This document shows positions 11,532 to 22,777 of a stretch of 64,000 nucleotides of DNA, one piece after another. Source of the stretch: Intoshia linei (Eukaryota > Animalia > Orthonectida); contig LWCA01000022.1 in the NCBI GenBank assembly GCA_001642005.1, positions 14,599 to 78,598 on the forward strand. The letters run 5' to 3'. A model generated the notes under the pieces. That model searched no databases and was not told the origin of the DNA. It saw only the letters and a program-made list of their open reading frames with translations. The position numbers were made by a program, and so were the translations under genes. Position 1 is the stretch's first letter, and every line of letters begins with the position of its first letter.

Positions 11532-11615
11532 AGTGTTAGTTTCAGTAATATTTCGATATCATTTGTGTAAACACATAATAAGTAGCAAATATTTCAAAAC
11601 ATCATCAATAACACT
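11532..11615 (-). ncRNA. Box C/D snoRNA, SNORD76-like
   Basis: Box C TTGATGA 11608-11602; guide AATATTTGCTACT complementary to LSU rRNA AGUAGCAAAUAUU; degenerate D' ATTA; internal hairpin TGTGT/ACACA; C'-like ATGATA; box D CTGA 11545-11542; flanking stem AGTGTTA/TAACACT. Confidence 0.82.
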
Positions 11616-12241
11616 TAAAATTAAAAGTTACAATACAAAATTGAAAATTGATAAAATGAACAAACGCACACAAGAGCGATAAATAGACAATGGAACCAAA
11701 ACGAAAATAACTTTTACATAATCAATAAACATGAAATATTACATATCCAATGAAACAAAATAAAAATACACCGTAGTCATCGTATCAAAAATTAAAATAA
11801 ACTTGACAAATTTTAATTTAAATGTATACAAATTTATAAATGAATATTTAATACGAAATTTTTCAAATAAATGGATTGAAATTTAATTTATATTAACCAA
11901 TATTGACGTATAAACAAAAATTCTAGGTAATTAATAAAAAGTTAAACAATACAGCTCAAATTGTATCCTAGTAACATTTATATCTATGGAAAAAATAAAA
12001 TCTCTAAAATTGTGTATCCATTGTTTTGAGTTAAAAATTTAAGATATATTCAATACTATATTTCTCTCAGACTTGAAATAATTAGTGACATACTTTGAAT
12101 TCTATATTACGTCAAACTAGTACAATTTAGCCAATCACTTGCAAGTAAGTTGTACTCTTTGTTTATACGTTAGCGGTTAATTTAAAATGTGCATTTAGTT
12201 TGTTTTCAAATTGGTAATGTTATATTTTAGATAGTTGATTA

Positions 12242-15200
12242 ATGCAATCTGAAAAACCAAACATTTATGAAAATAGAATACCTCAGATGACGCAGAAAGG
12301 TGAAAATGCAGAGGCAAATCATCCTATCCAAGCAATTCATTCAAATGACCCAAATTCAAATTATTACCATCAAAATATGCCTAGTCAAATGAATTATCAA
12401 TATCAGCAAAATTATCCAAATGAAAGTTATTATAATGGTCAAAGTGAAACTAGAAATGTTCCACAAAATCCAAATTTTCAAAATGAATACAATTCCAGAG
12501 TTTCATCGCCGCATAGTGAAAATAAGAGTACTATTAGCCGTGAAAATTATCAGAAGTATCAGAATGCAATGGTACCGAGATTTCAGGGACAAAAGCCGTT
12601 TGGTATGGAAGTTGACAATTATGTTAAACAGGATAATGCAAATTCAGGTCAATATATGAATTATGATGTTCGTACCGAGAATTTTAGAAGAAATGAAGAT
12701 GTCAATAAAAATATTGTTCAAACCAATAATGAACCACGGAATGAAAATCAGCAAATGAATTTTAATGTCAACCACGTGCAACAGAGGATGCCATCTGAAG
12801 GTCAGATGCAAATTCAAATGAATTCTATGAATTCTAATCAGAACCCTCAAGTACATTCTGAGCAAATGAAACGGTTTCCAAACGATCAAATACAACGAAT
12901 GAATTTGGATAATAAAATTCAATCTAGAAATATGTCAGATAATTCCATGCAACAAAAAGTTGGTGACCAGTCTCAAATGCAAATGAATATGCAAAAAATG
13001 GATGAAAATCAAATGCAGCAAAGATTAAACACCGATCACATGAAAAAAATTAATAATGATCAAATGCAACAAAGAATGGGTGCTAATCAATTTCAGAGAG
13101 TAGATTCCTATGAATCCAGTAATATGAGAATGCCTTCCGATGGCCAGTTACAGAGAATGAATCTTGAACCACAGATGCCAAGGTTGCCTAGTGCAATGCC
13201 ACTCGATGGACAAATGAAACGTTCTCTGGTTGGTGAAGCTTTATCGAATGTTGGCCAACGCACAAACCCCGAACAAGTGAACCAACCTCGAATTGGACAC
13301 GATCAAGTGCAAAGAAATATGAGTAACGAACAGGTTCCCACCAGAATGATGAATCCAGAACAGATGCAACGGATAGACCAAGAAAATCAGATGCGTATGA
13401 ATCCTTACAGACAAGGTCAAGGGCAACCGAGACTGATGACTGTCGATCAGATGCAACAAAGAATGATGCCTCCAGGTGTCCCTGTTCAAAGACTAAACGT
13501 TGAAAATCAAAATACTCCCAAAATTATGAATCCAAACGACCAATCAATTGGTCATTCCGGTCCACGAATGAATGATCAAATGCAACAGAGAATTAACGAT
13601 GGCCAAGTTCAATTACTGATGAACCCTGAGAACCAAATGCAAAATCGAATAGCTCCACCTGGACACCAAATACAATACTCGCAGCATGTTCCACCGGGAA
13701 ATCAGTACTATCCAAATCAACAAATTAAAGGTCAATATCAAATAACTGAAAACCCTGCAGATAAAATGTACGCTTATCAAAACGCAAATCAAAGAATGCC
13801 AGTAATTAATAACATGCAAAACCAAACATATCCCGCTCAAATTCGAGGTTATCCTCCTAATCAAGTTACACAACAAAATATGTATTACCCTCAAAATTAC
13901 GTGAAAATTATGCAAAACAATTATAGACCAAATGTTCACCAAAATATATACAACCAAGCACAAATGCAACCACAAATGAGAATGCCAATAAATCAATATT
14001 CACATGTTCGCAATCAGAACGTTTTCCCGGGAAATACAAATTCTCCGGTTTTTTATGATTATTCCAATCAGATGAATAAGCAATATCCTTCAAGTGTACA
14101 AAAAAATTTTTATAACCAGACTCAAATGAGATTTCAACAAAATTTCCAAAATCCAGTTTCTTCCTACAATGCGTATCCGGCCAGGCCTGAAGAAGTTAAT
14201 CGACCTAGCTTAATGAATTATGAAAAAAACAATGCTGATAATTCCGTTAATCTAACCCATGAAAATGTTTATAATATTCAGAGGCAACCTTTAACGCAAG
14301 GTGTGCGACCCGACAGCTCTCAAGTGAAAAAAATTTCAGCCCAATTACAGGCTTACAGAGCTTTGTCTAGAAATACCGTAATTCCAGAACATGTTAAACG
14401 TAATGCTATTACCCATGAAGAATCGATTGTAGAGGATGTGAAATATAATAATGAAACTGTAATTGAAAAAAAAGTAATCATGGATCCGAAAAAGTTGGGA
14501 ATCGATCCGTTGGAAATTTTAAAAGAACGTGATGTAAGAATAAACAATAGAATTTCATTGAGAATTAAAGAAATTAATGCCATCTTACCTGAAATTGAAA
14601 CTATAGATTTGAGGACAAAATTAATGATTGAATTGAGAAGTTTGCGTTTAATTACATTCCAAAAACACCTAAGAAGTGATATTGTTGGGAAACTGCGTCG
14701 GGATACCACAATGGAAACTGCTTTAAACCCAAAATCATATCGTCGAATAAAAAGACAAACTCTTAGAGAAGCTAGAATCACAGAAAAACTAGAACTTTTA
14801 CAGGAAATCGAAGTCAATAAAAAACGTAAACAATTACAGCATGAATTTATTAATAGTATTTTGACATATTACAAAGATTTCAAGGATACGCATAGACTTC
14901 GACATAATAAAATGGTCAAATTGAATAAAGCTTTAATGTTATATTTTGCAAATAATGAACGCGAACAAAAACGAGAACGGGAAAGAATGGAAAAAGAACG
15001 AATGAAACGATTAATGGAGGAAGATGAAGATGGGTACAGAAAATTGATTGATCAACAAAAAGACAAACGGTTGGCTTATTTATTACGACAAACTGATGAT
15101 TACATTGTAAATCTGACAAAATTGGTTGCTCAACATAAATTGAATACAATTAAAGAAAATAAACCAAAAAAAAGCGCAAATGGTATCCCTGATATTGACG

Positions 15201-18182
15201 AATCTAGTCAAAATGGAAATAACGATCCGCACATTAAAGTCATAGATCAAAATACCGGTACAATTTTGGAAGGTGAATCGGCTCCACGGTCGAGTCAATT
15301 GGAATCTTGGCTGGACGACCACAAGTCGTATCAAGTCGCACCGAGAGATGACGATTTAAGTGAAGAAGAGCGTAATTTAATGGGGATTATCGATTCTACC
15401 AACAATAAAAATGAAGTCGAAGATGATAATACTATTAAAAAAGCTTACCGAGAAGATGACGATTTTGTGTCTACGAATCAAAATTATTTCAAAATTGCTC
15501 ATTCAATTTTAGAAAAGGTAGACGTACAACCCAAAATTTTGGTTGGCGGTACTTTAAAACTTTACCAAGTCAGTGGTTTGGAATGGCTGGTCAGTCTTTA
15601 CAATAATAAATTAAACGGCATTTTGGCTGATGAAATGGGCCTCGGAAAAACTATTCAAACTATTGCTTTGATATCATATTTAATTGAAATCAAATCTAAT
15701 TACGGGCCTTATTTAATTATTGTACCTCTTTCTACATTGTCTAACTGGGACTTTGAATTACAAAAATGGGCTCCAAGTGTTCAAAGAATTATATACAAGG
15801 GTTCTCCTGCCGCTAGACGTGCTTTGCAGGCTACTTTGAGAAGTAGTCGATTTAATGTCTTGTTAACTACTTATGATTACGTTATGCGAGATAGAGCAGT
15901 TTTAGCAAAATATAAATGGAAATATATGATTATTGATGAGGGGCACAGAATGAAAAACCATCATTGCAAGTTGACGCAGGTTTTAAACACGTATTACACT
16001 GCTGTTAATAGGCTTTTACTCACTGGAACTCCTCTTCAAAACAATTTACCTGAACTTTGGGCTCTGTTGACCTTTTTATTGCCATCAATTTTCAAATCAT
16101 GTGCAACTTTTGAACAATGGTTCAACGCGCCATTTGCATCAACATTTGAAAAAGTCGAATTGAACCAAGAAGAAACTTTGTTGATTATTCGAAGATTACA
16201 TAAAGTTCTCAGACCATTTTTATTGAGACGATTAAAAAAGGAAGTCGAATCCCAGTTACCGGAAAAGGTCGAATATGTCGTCAAATGCGACATGTCAGGG
16301 ATTCAAAAGGTAATTTACCGTCATATGCAAAAACGGGGCATTATGTTGACTGATGACACTGATAAATCAAAGAAAGGTATTAACGGATCACGAGCTTTAA
16401 TGAATACTATTATGCAACTTCGAAAAATTTGTAATCATCCTTTTTTGTACCAACATATTGAAGAAGCGCTTACTAAATTTGCAAATATTCCGATGGGGGT
16501 AGAAAGTCCTCTAATATTTCGTTCTGCCGGCAAGTTTGAATTGATGGATCGAATTCTACCTAAATTGAAAGCTACAAATCACAAAGTTTTGCTATTTTGT
16601 CAAATGACGAATTTGATGACTATTCTAGAAGACTATTTTTTGTATAAAGGTTACTCATATCTCAGACTCGATGGATCTACAAAAGCGGATGACCGTGGCG
16701 AATTATTAACCCAATTCAATAGCCCAGATTCAGATTATTTTATTTTCCTTTTGTCTACTCGTGCTGGAGGTCTCGGGTTAAATTTACAAACTGCTGATAC
16801 TGTTATAATATTTGATTCCGATTGGAACCCACACCAAGATTTACAAGCTCAAGACAGAGCGCATAGAATTGGTCAGACGAATGAAGTTAGAGTTTTACGA
16901 TTGATGACAATAAACTCGGTCGAAGAAAAAATTTTGGCTGCCGCTCGGTTCAAGTTAAATTTGGACGAAAAGGTTATTCAGGCAGGTATGTTTGATCAAA
17001 AATCAACAAATGCTGAAAGAAAACAATTTTTAACACAAATTCTTACAGCGGATGAATTGGACGGAGAAGAAGAATGTGAAGTACCAGACGATGAAACTAT
17101 TAATCAGATGCTTTCTCGGACAGAAGAAGAATTTGAAATTTGTCAAAAAATTGATGATCACCGCATAATGTTGGAAAAACAGGAGGGGCAATATACAAGC
17201 AGGTTGGTTGAAATTAGTGAAATTCCGAGTTGGTTGCTCAAAAACGACGAAGAGGTTGAAAAAATGACTTTGGATGATCAAAAGGAACGTCTGTTTGCTC
17301 GAGGTGCTAGAATTCATAAACGTGTTGATTATACTGATAATATTACTGAAAAGCAATGGCTAAATGCTGTAGAAGAAGGAAATTTAGATGAAGTCAAACA
17401 CGATATAAAAGACAAGGTTAAAAAGCGTGGAAGGCGTTCTAATAATGTTTCGTATATGGAAAATTCACCTGAAGATAAAAGAAGGAGAATTCGAAAAAAT
17501 TATTTAAAAACCAAGGATTTATCTTCTCAACAAAAACTCATGAAAAATCTTATTCACGTTATTTTGAATTATGTTGACAGGTATTTTTATTTTTATCTCA
17601 TATAACTTAAATTTAGTGATGGTCGAGTTCTAAGTGAACCATTCATGGTTATCCCCTCTAAAAAAGATTTACCCGATTACTACGATATTGTTGAAAATCC
17701 AATAGACTTTAAAACTATAAAGGTAGCGTCAAAATTTTGTGATTTTAATAAAAAAATTTAGAAACGAATACACGAAGGATGTTACAAATCCATCAACGAC
17801 ATTGAAAGTGATATAATGCTACTTTGTCAAAACGCCCAAACCTTCAATATGGAAGGATCCTTGGTAATTTTTTATTTAATTATGTTTTAAAATTTATTTA
17901 GATTTACGAAGATTCAATAATTCTTCAAACTGTTTTTATGAACGCTAGAGAAAGGTTGGACGGGTCCAACTTGTGCTATGAGAGTACTGCTAGCAATAAA
18001 TCTGATGGTAACTACTCGGGTAATTTTCAATTGTCGCCACTTTTAAACTCAATTTAGATGCATCACGAAAACGCAGAAAAATAAATACAAAGTCCACAAA
18101 GGTTTAGTTTTTTTATAGTGAAACTAATTTCTTTTAGAAAAGAGGACGAAAACCACGAAAAATAGACCTCTCTGATGATTAA
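12242..18182 (+). CDS. SMARCA4: SWI/SNF chromatin-remodelling ATPase brahma / SMARCA2/4
   Basis: QLQ ([11 protein letters not shown]), HSA, BRK, SNF2 ATPase ([27 protein letters not shown]), SnAC and bromodomain ([20 protein letters not shown]). Exons 12242-17580, 17617-17722, 17762-17863, 17902-18019, 18058-18101, 18138-18182. Confidence 0.97.
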
Positions 18183-18244
18183 TCCAGTGTATATAAATTG
18201 TCTAATTTGTCAGATAAATTTTGATATGATGTTTATTTAAATTT

Positions 18245-18553
18245 TCATTCATCGTCTTCCTCTATACCAGGTATAGGTCTAATTTGACCTTCAGGTCCAA
18301 CATATTGAAAAGCTCCCATTTTACGCATCATATCGTACATTCTATCTGCGTCGTATGGTGGTCTAAATTGTAATTTATATTGTTGACATTTCGTTTATCA
18401 TTACGCTCTGACAATTGTATCTTTAACTTTAAAATTTCGATAGAGATACACTGCTCCAATAGTATATAGGGGTATGGTTAAGCCGAAGAATATTCCAAAT
18501 GTTCTTTGCGTTGTTTTTCTGAATAAATGTCGAAAGTATGGGGCTTTTTCCAT
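18245..18553 (-). CDS. COX6C: Cytochrome c oxidase subunit 6C-like
   Basis: Exons 18553-18405 and 18362-18245 encode MEKAPYFRHLFRKTTQRTFGIFFGLTIPLYTIGAVYLYRNFKVKDTIVRAPPYDADRMYDMMRKMGAFQYVGPEG... It has one TM segment and the COX6C-type YD...M...G.FQ motif. It is absent from the ORF track. Confidence 0.78.
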
Positions 18554-19050
18554 TCTAAATTTTATTTAATGTTACGGTGTCATTCATAAAATATGTTTGT
18601 ACCATTGAATTATAATTATGTAAAATGTGTACCTCTTGATCTGATTCAAATAAAGTTTTGTAATTTTAGGTCAGTTTCTTGGCTATACTTTGTAAATAAA
18701 CTTTTCATAATGATTGAAATTTCGTGTGCATTTTAAATTCTATAATGTTGGTACATTATGCATTGTAATTTGCCAATTTTTCTTATTTTTAATTTACTTT
18801 TTCTGCAGTTGTCCCTGGTGTCATATAATTGTCAATAGTCATAGTTTTGTGGTTAAAAAAATTTATAAGAACTAATATTACTAATTTTTTTTTAATAATA
18901 ACGTTCCTTGAACATTAAAACTTTGCGCGTGCTAATATTTGAAACTTATTACCATTTCTATATTTTCCAACAACTAGATATGAAGTATATAACATGAATA
19001 GTATTAACCCTTTGCTTATTTTTGTGAAATTATTTCTGGTCACACTAAAC

Positions 19051-19707
19051 CAGTGGTTCTCAAACTTAGGTTCGTGAGAATATGTGGGGATCCGCAAGTT
19101 TAAATAAAATTTTAAATTATAAAAAATAAATTGATTTTTTAAATAATTTATTGTTATTAATTTAAACAAGGAATTAGTATTCCAGGAAAAATTCATTGAA
19201 TTAATTAAATATGGCTCTGCCAAAATAACATTTCCTAAAAATACGATAACTGAATTTTGGATAACTATGGCACAATCATATCCAAACCTTTCTAAAATGA
19301 TTCTCAAAATACTCATGCCGTTTTAACAACCTATGAATGTGAAAAAGCATTTTCAACACTCGTACAAATAAAAACAAAATATAGAAACAGACTATATGTC
19401 ATTGATGATTTGAGATGTGCTTTATCCAAAACAAAACCAAGAATAATTGAATTGTCAAAAATCAAACAGAAACATCCTTCACATTAGTTTAATAAAATTT
19501 AATTTGAATTAATAATGTTTGTGGGAGCTACGGCTCAGAATATATCAATAAATTTCATTTTTTTTTTTGAATTAATAATGTTAATAAAACATTTCTTAAA
19601 AATTAAATAATTTTTTTTGGACATGTTTTATTTGGAGGTCCGCGAGCAAAATTAAAATTAAAAATAGACCAAAAAGTCAAAAAATTTAAAAAGTTTGAGA
19701 ACCCCTG
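19051..19707 (+). mobile_element. Internally deleted Charlie/Buster hAT element
   Basis: TIRs CAGTGGTTCTCAAACTT / AAGTTTGAGAACCCCTG. The interior is a frameshifted transposase C-terminus, FWITMAQSYPNLSKMILKILMPF..TYECEKAFSTLVQIKTKYRNRL...KQKHPSH*. Degenerate 8-bp TSD CACTAAAC/CATAAAAC. Confidence 0.9.
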
Positions 19708-19838
19708 CATAAAACAGTGAATCACAGTAAAAAAATTTCTAAATAATGAATCACTGAAATGTGCTTGGATTAACTAAAATTTACTGTGATTCACTATTTA
19801 GAAATTTTTTTACTGCGATTCACTGTTTAATGAGACCC
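19708..19838. repeat. Short palindromic MITE interrupted by the hAT element
   Basis: AAACAGTGAATCACAGTAAAAAAATTTCTAAATA is inverted as TATTTAGAAATTTTTTTACTGCGATTCACTGTTT. The missing left tip GGTCACACTAAAC lies at 19038-19050. Confidence 0.75.
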
Positions 19839-19964
19839 AAATTATTCGTATAATTCTGAAAATGAAACGAAAATTGTATCGTCAACACTACTTCTAACAT
19901 TTAATTTATATGTTACTAATAGTAACTTACTATATATATTTATTGGTTACTATATATGCATGTA

Positions 19965-20688
19965 ATGCAACGGAAAGAAAATTTTAATCCTGAAGGTACT
20001 CAGAAAATGGAAAAACACGATCAATCTAAAATGCTTGACGAGTAATTTATCATTTTATGTTAGTATTATGTTGAAAAATGGGTTTTCCAGTTTATTTACA
20101 TGAATCACGAGTAAATGTACAATTACTATCATGAAAAATTAATTTATCCATTTTGTCTCCTTCCCAGTCTACATTTTATCATACTAGGATTTTTATCATT
20201 AGATTCAATAACAAAATAATATTTAATACTCCATACAGTATTCGAGTGTTTTTCAAAGTGGGGTTCGTTGTAAATTTGACATGATCAATATTTATTTTTA
20301 GAAAATAGAAAATTAATATTTAAGTTTTTAAACAATTTTTATTAATTTATTGATTGATTTTATTATTTAGGATTTATATGAAAATGAAAAGTTTAAATAA
20401 ATTAAGCGACGACGAAATTAATAGAACAATTATGAAACGTAAATATGGGAACTATATGGACGTTGTTGAAATGTTTCGAATAACAAAAAAGCCTTTAGTC
20501 ATGTTCAAAGATTATCGTGATCGGAAAATTGATGTAATGGTAATTTTTTTGTATATAATTACTTTTTCTCGTGCCATACATGTAATACATTTATCAGATT
20601 TTAATAATTGCAATATTTATCTATCTTGATAATTGAAATTTTCATTAATTTTAAATTCTAGGAAAAAGCCAAAAAGAATGAAGGATAG
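19965..20688 (+). CDS. Small hypothetical protein (about 90 aa, 3 exons)
   Basis: Phase-consistent GT-AG exons 19965-20041, 20371-20539, 20662-20688: MQRKENFNPEGTQKMEKHDQSKMLDEIYMKMKSLNKLSDDEINRTIMKRKYGNYMDVVEMFRITKKPLVMFKDYRDRKIDVMEKAKKNEG*. No family recognised. Confidence 0.6.
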
Positions 20689-20789
20689 TTTATGTGAAGA
20701 GTGAAAATTGTTATTGTAAATATTGTTTTATAAAATATTTAAAAATGCAAAGAAATTTGATACTTTTTGATAAAAAATTAAATAATCAG

Positions 20790-21680
20790 TGATGATTTAT
20801 CACTAAACTGTTGATTTGAATATTATTCTACTCACCCACTCAAAATACATAGTAAATACTTCCAATAACTTTTATCTGAAATTTTGCGAAAATCCAAAGA
20901 AAATAGATATTAATCACACCAGTATTACCTGTTCTTAGAGTTACCCAAAATTCCAAGAAACACACTAAATTCATCCTCAAAGTTGATTTTGCATTTACTT
21001 TGTAAAAATATTTAGAAAATTACCTCAATACACCACTGTATCACCTTTTCTAAGATATTGCAAAAATTCATAGAAAATTAAACTTTTTATAAAAAAAAAC
21101 GATTTAAATTACACCATAGTGTGCATTTTGAAACTATTTTGATAAAATTCATAGTAAAATATTCCTAATAACCTTTTTCAACACATTTTATAAAAATTAC
21201 ATAATTTTTCATTTTTGTTGTAGCAAAATTAAATTTTGAAATTACATTTTGTTAGAATTCATTAATTTGCGTAAATTACTTCAATATAATCTTTTCTTTA
21301 ATTTTGAGAAAATTCAAAGAAACACTAATTTCACGAGGAATAGTTGATTTTTATTTACTTCGTAAATATTATTTTTCAAAATAACACTGATTTCACCCAA
21401 AAAGGTGATTTTGCATTTATTTTGTAAAAATATTTATAAAATTACCTCAATATCATTTGTTCTCAGATTTTTCCAAAATTGCAAAAAAATAAATTCTTTT
21501 TTTAAAAAAAACACTGATTTCACCCAAAAACTTGATTTTCCAAAATTGCAAAAAAACACTGATTTTACCCAAGTTGATTGCAAATTTTTTTTGTAAAAAT
21601 ATTTAGAAAATTAGCTCAATATCATTTCATAGATTTTGAAAAAATTCAAAGAAAATTGTTTCAAAAAAATTCACCAATTA
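20790..21680. repeat. Degenerate tandem repeat array (unit roughly 100-170 bp)
   Basis: Recurring GATTTTGCATTTA.TTTGTAAAAATATTTA.AAAATTACCTCAATA and AACACTGATTTCACCCAA blocks at about 20985, 21380-21450 and 21510-21620. Confidence 0.6.
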
Positions 21681-22777
21681 TCCGATATAATACTTCATAT
21701 TACAACACACATCAATTTACATTTTAAAAATAAATTAAATATATTTCTACAATAGTAAATTGTAATGTAATAATTTTTAATTAATCTACAATGTTCTACA
21801 TTTTAAATAATATATAAATAAGCGACAATGGTATAATTATATCAATAATATTGATGTATTACCAGATTAATCTAACTCTATTACTATCATTATAATGAGT
21901 ATACAATTAAAAGTTTAATATTATTGTTATTAGTAATACTTTTAATAACCGACTGTACAATAACAGTATTGTGTAATCTACACTAAAATAAACTAATGTA
22001 AAATTTTTAAATACAAAAAGTATTATTATTAAATTATCACCTGATTAATATTATGCAAAGAATTTAATCTTCAAGTTTTACAATGTAATGTATTATTTGT
22101 ATGTGACTAGATTAAACCAATACACTAAGTTTTAATGTGATAAAATTAAAATGGATTAAATTATAGTTACATAACGAATACACCTTTCAAAAATAAATTT
22201 ACTCATAAAAGTAACTATTCCTGAGATATTCAAAAAGAAAGCCCAACTGAAAATTCAGTCTTCTTAATAAACGGTTCTAACAAGTCCAATTTAGCCCATC
22301 AATTTGAATATAGAGTTTTTTGATAGAGGTAGAAAGTGGAATTTAAAATTTATTAAAGTATATTTTAAACACGTTATACACACTGTACTGGAAAAAAATG
22401 AAAATCAATATGTTGCAATAACAATATGTATCAATAACCCAATTTATAACATGTGTTCATCCAAGAAAGGTAGTAATTTAGCCTGAAATCATCACTTTAG
22501 AATTAATTACGAATCCATATAGCGACTAAATCCTATATCTGCCTAGAACAAAAAATGTATAATAGTGCAAAACACTAATCAGCATAAATTCTATTAAGAA
22601 AAATTGATATTGTTTATAGCAATATTTTATAAATAAATCCGTAGATAGAGTGTATAACAATATCGTGCTCTACTTTACACCAATCAAGAAACGAAATTAA
22701 AGAGAAGTAAATTTAATCAAGTCAAAGTTCTATATCGATATTTTCATTTGGTCTAGAATTTGACTATAAATTATCAA

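Noticed and set aside
11530-11541. Minus-strand CTAAC..TAG as a branch point and acceptor between snoRNAs
   Set aside because: No separate GT donor follows before the next box C, and the sequence is one arm of the AGTGTTA/TAACACT terminal stem.
12420-17356. Multiple short antisense or alternate-frame ORFs within SMARCA4
   Set aside because: These are shadow ORFs of a long coding exon with no independent motifs.
20790-21680. Repeat array as a functional repeat-spacer system
   Set aside because: The units are degenerate, AT-rich and irregular with no unique spacers, consistent with a decayed minisatellite or TE interior.
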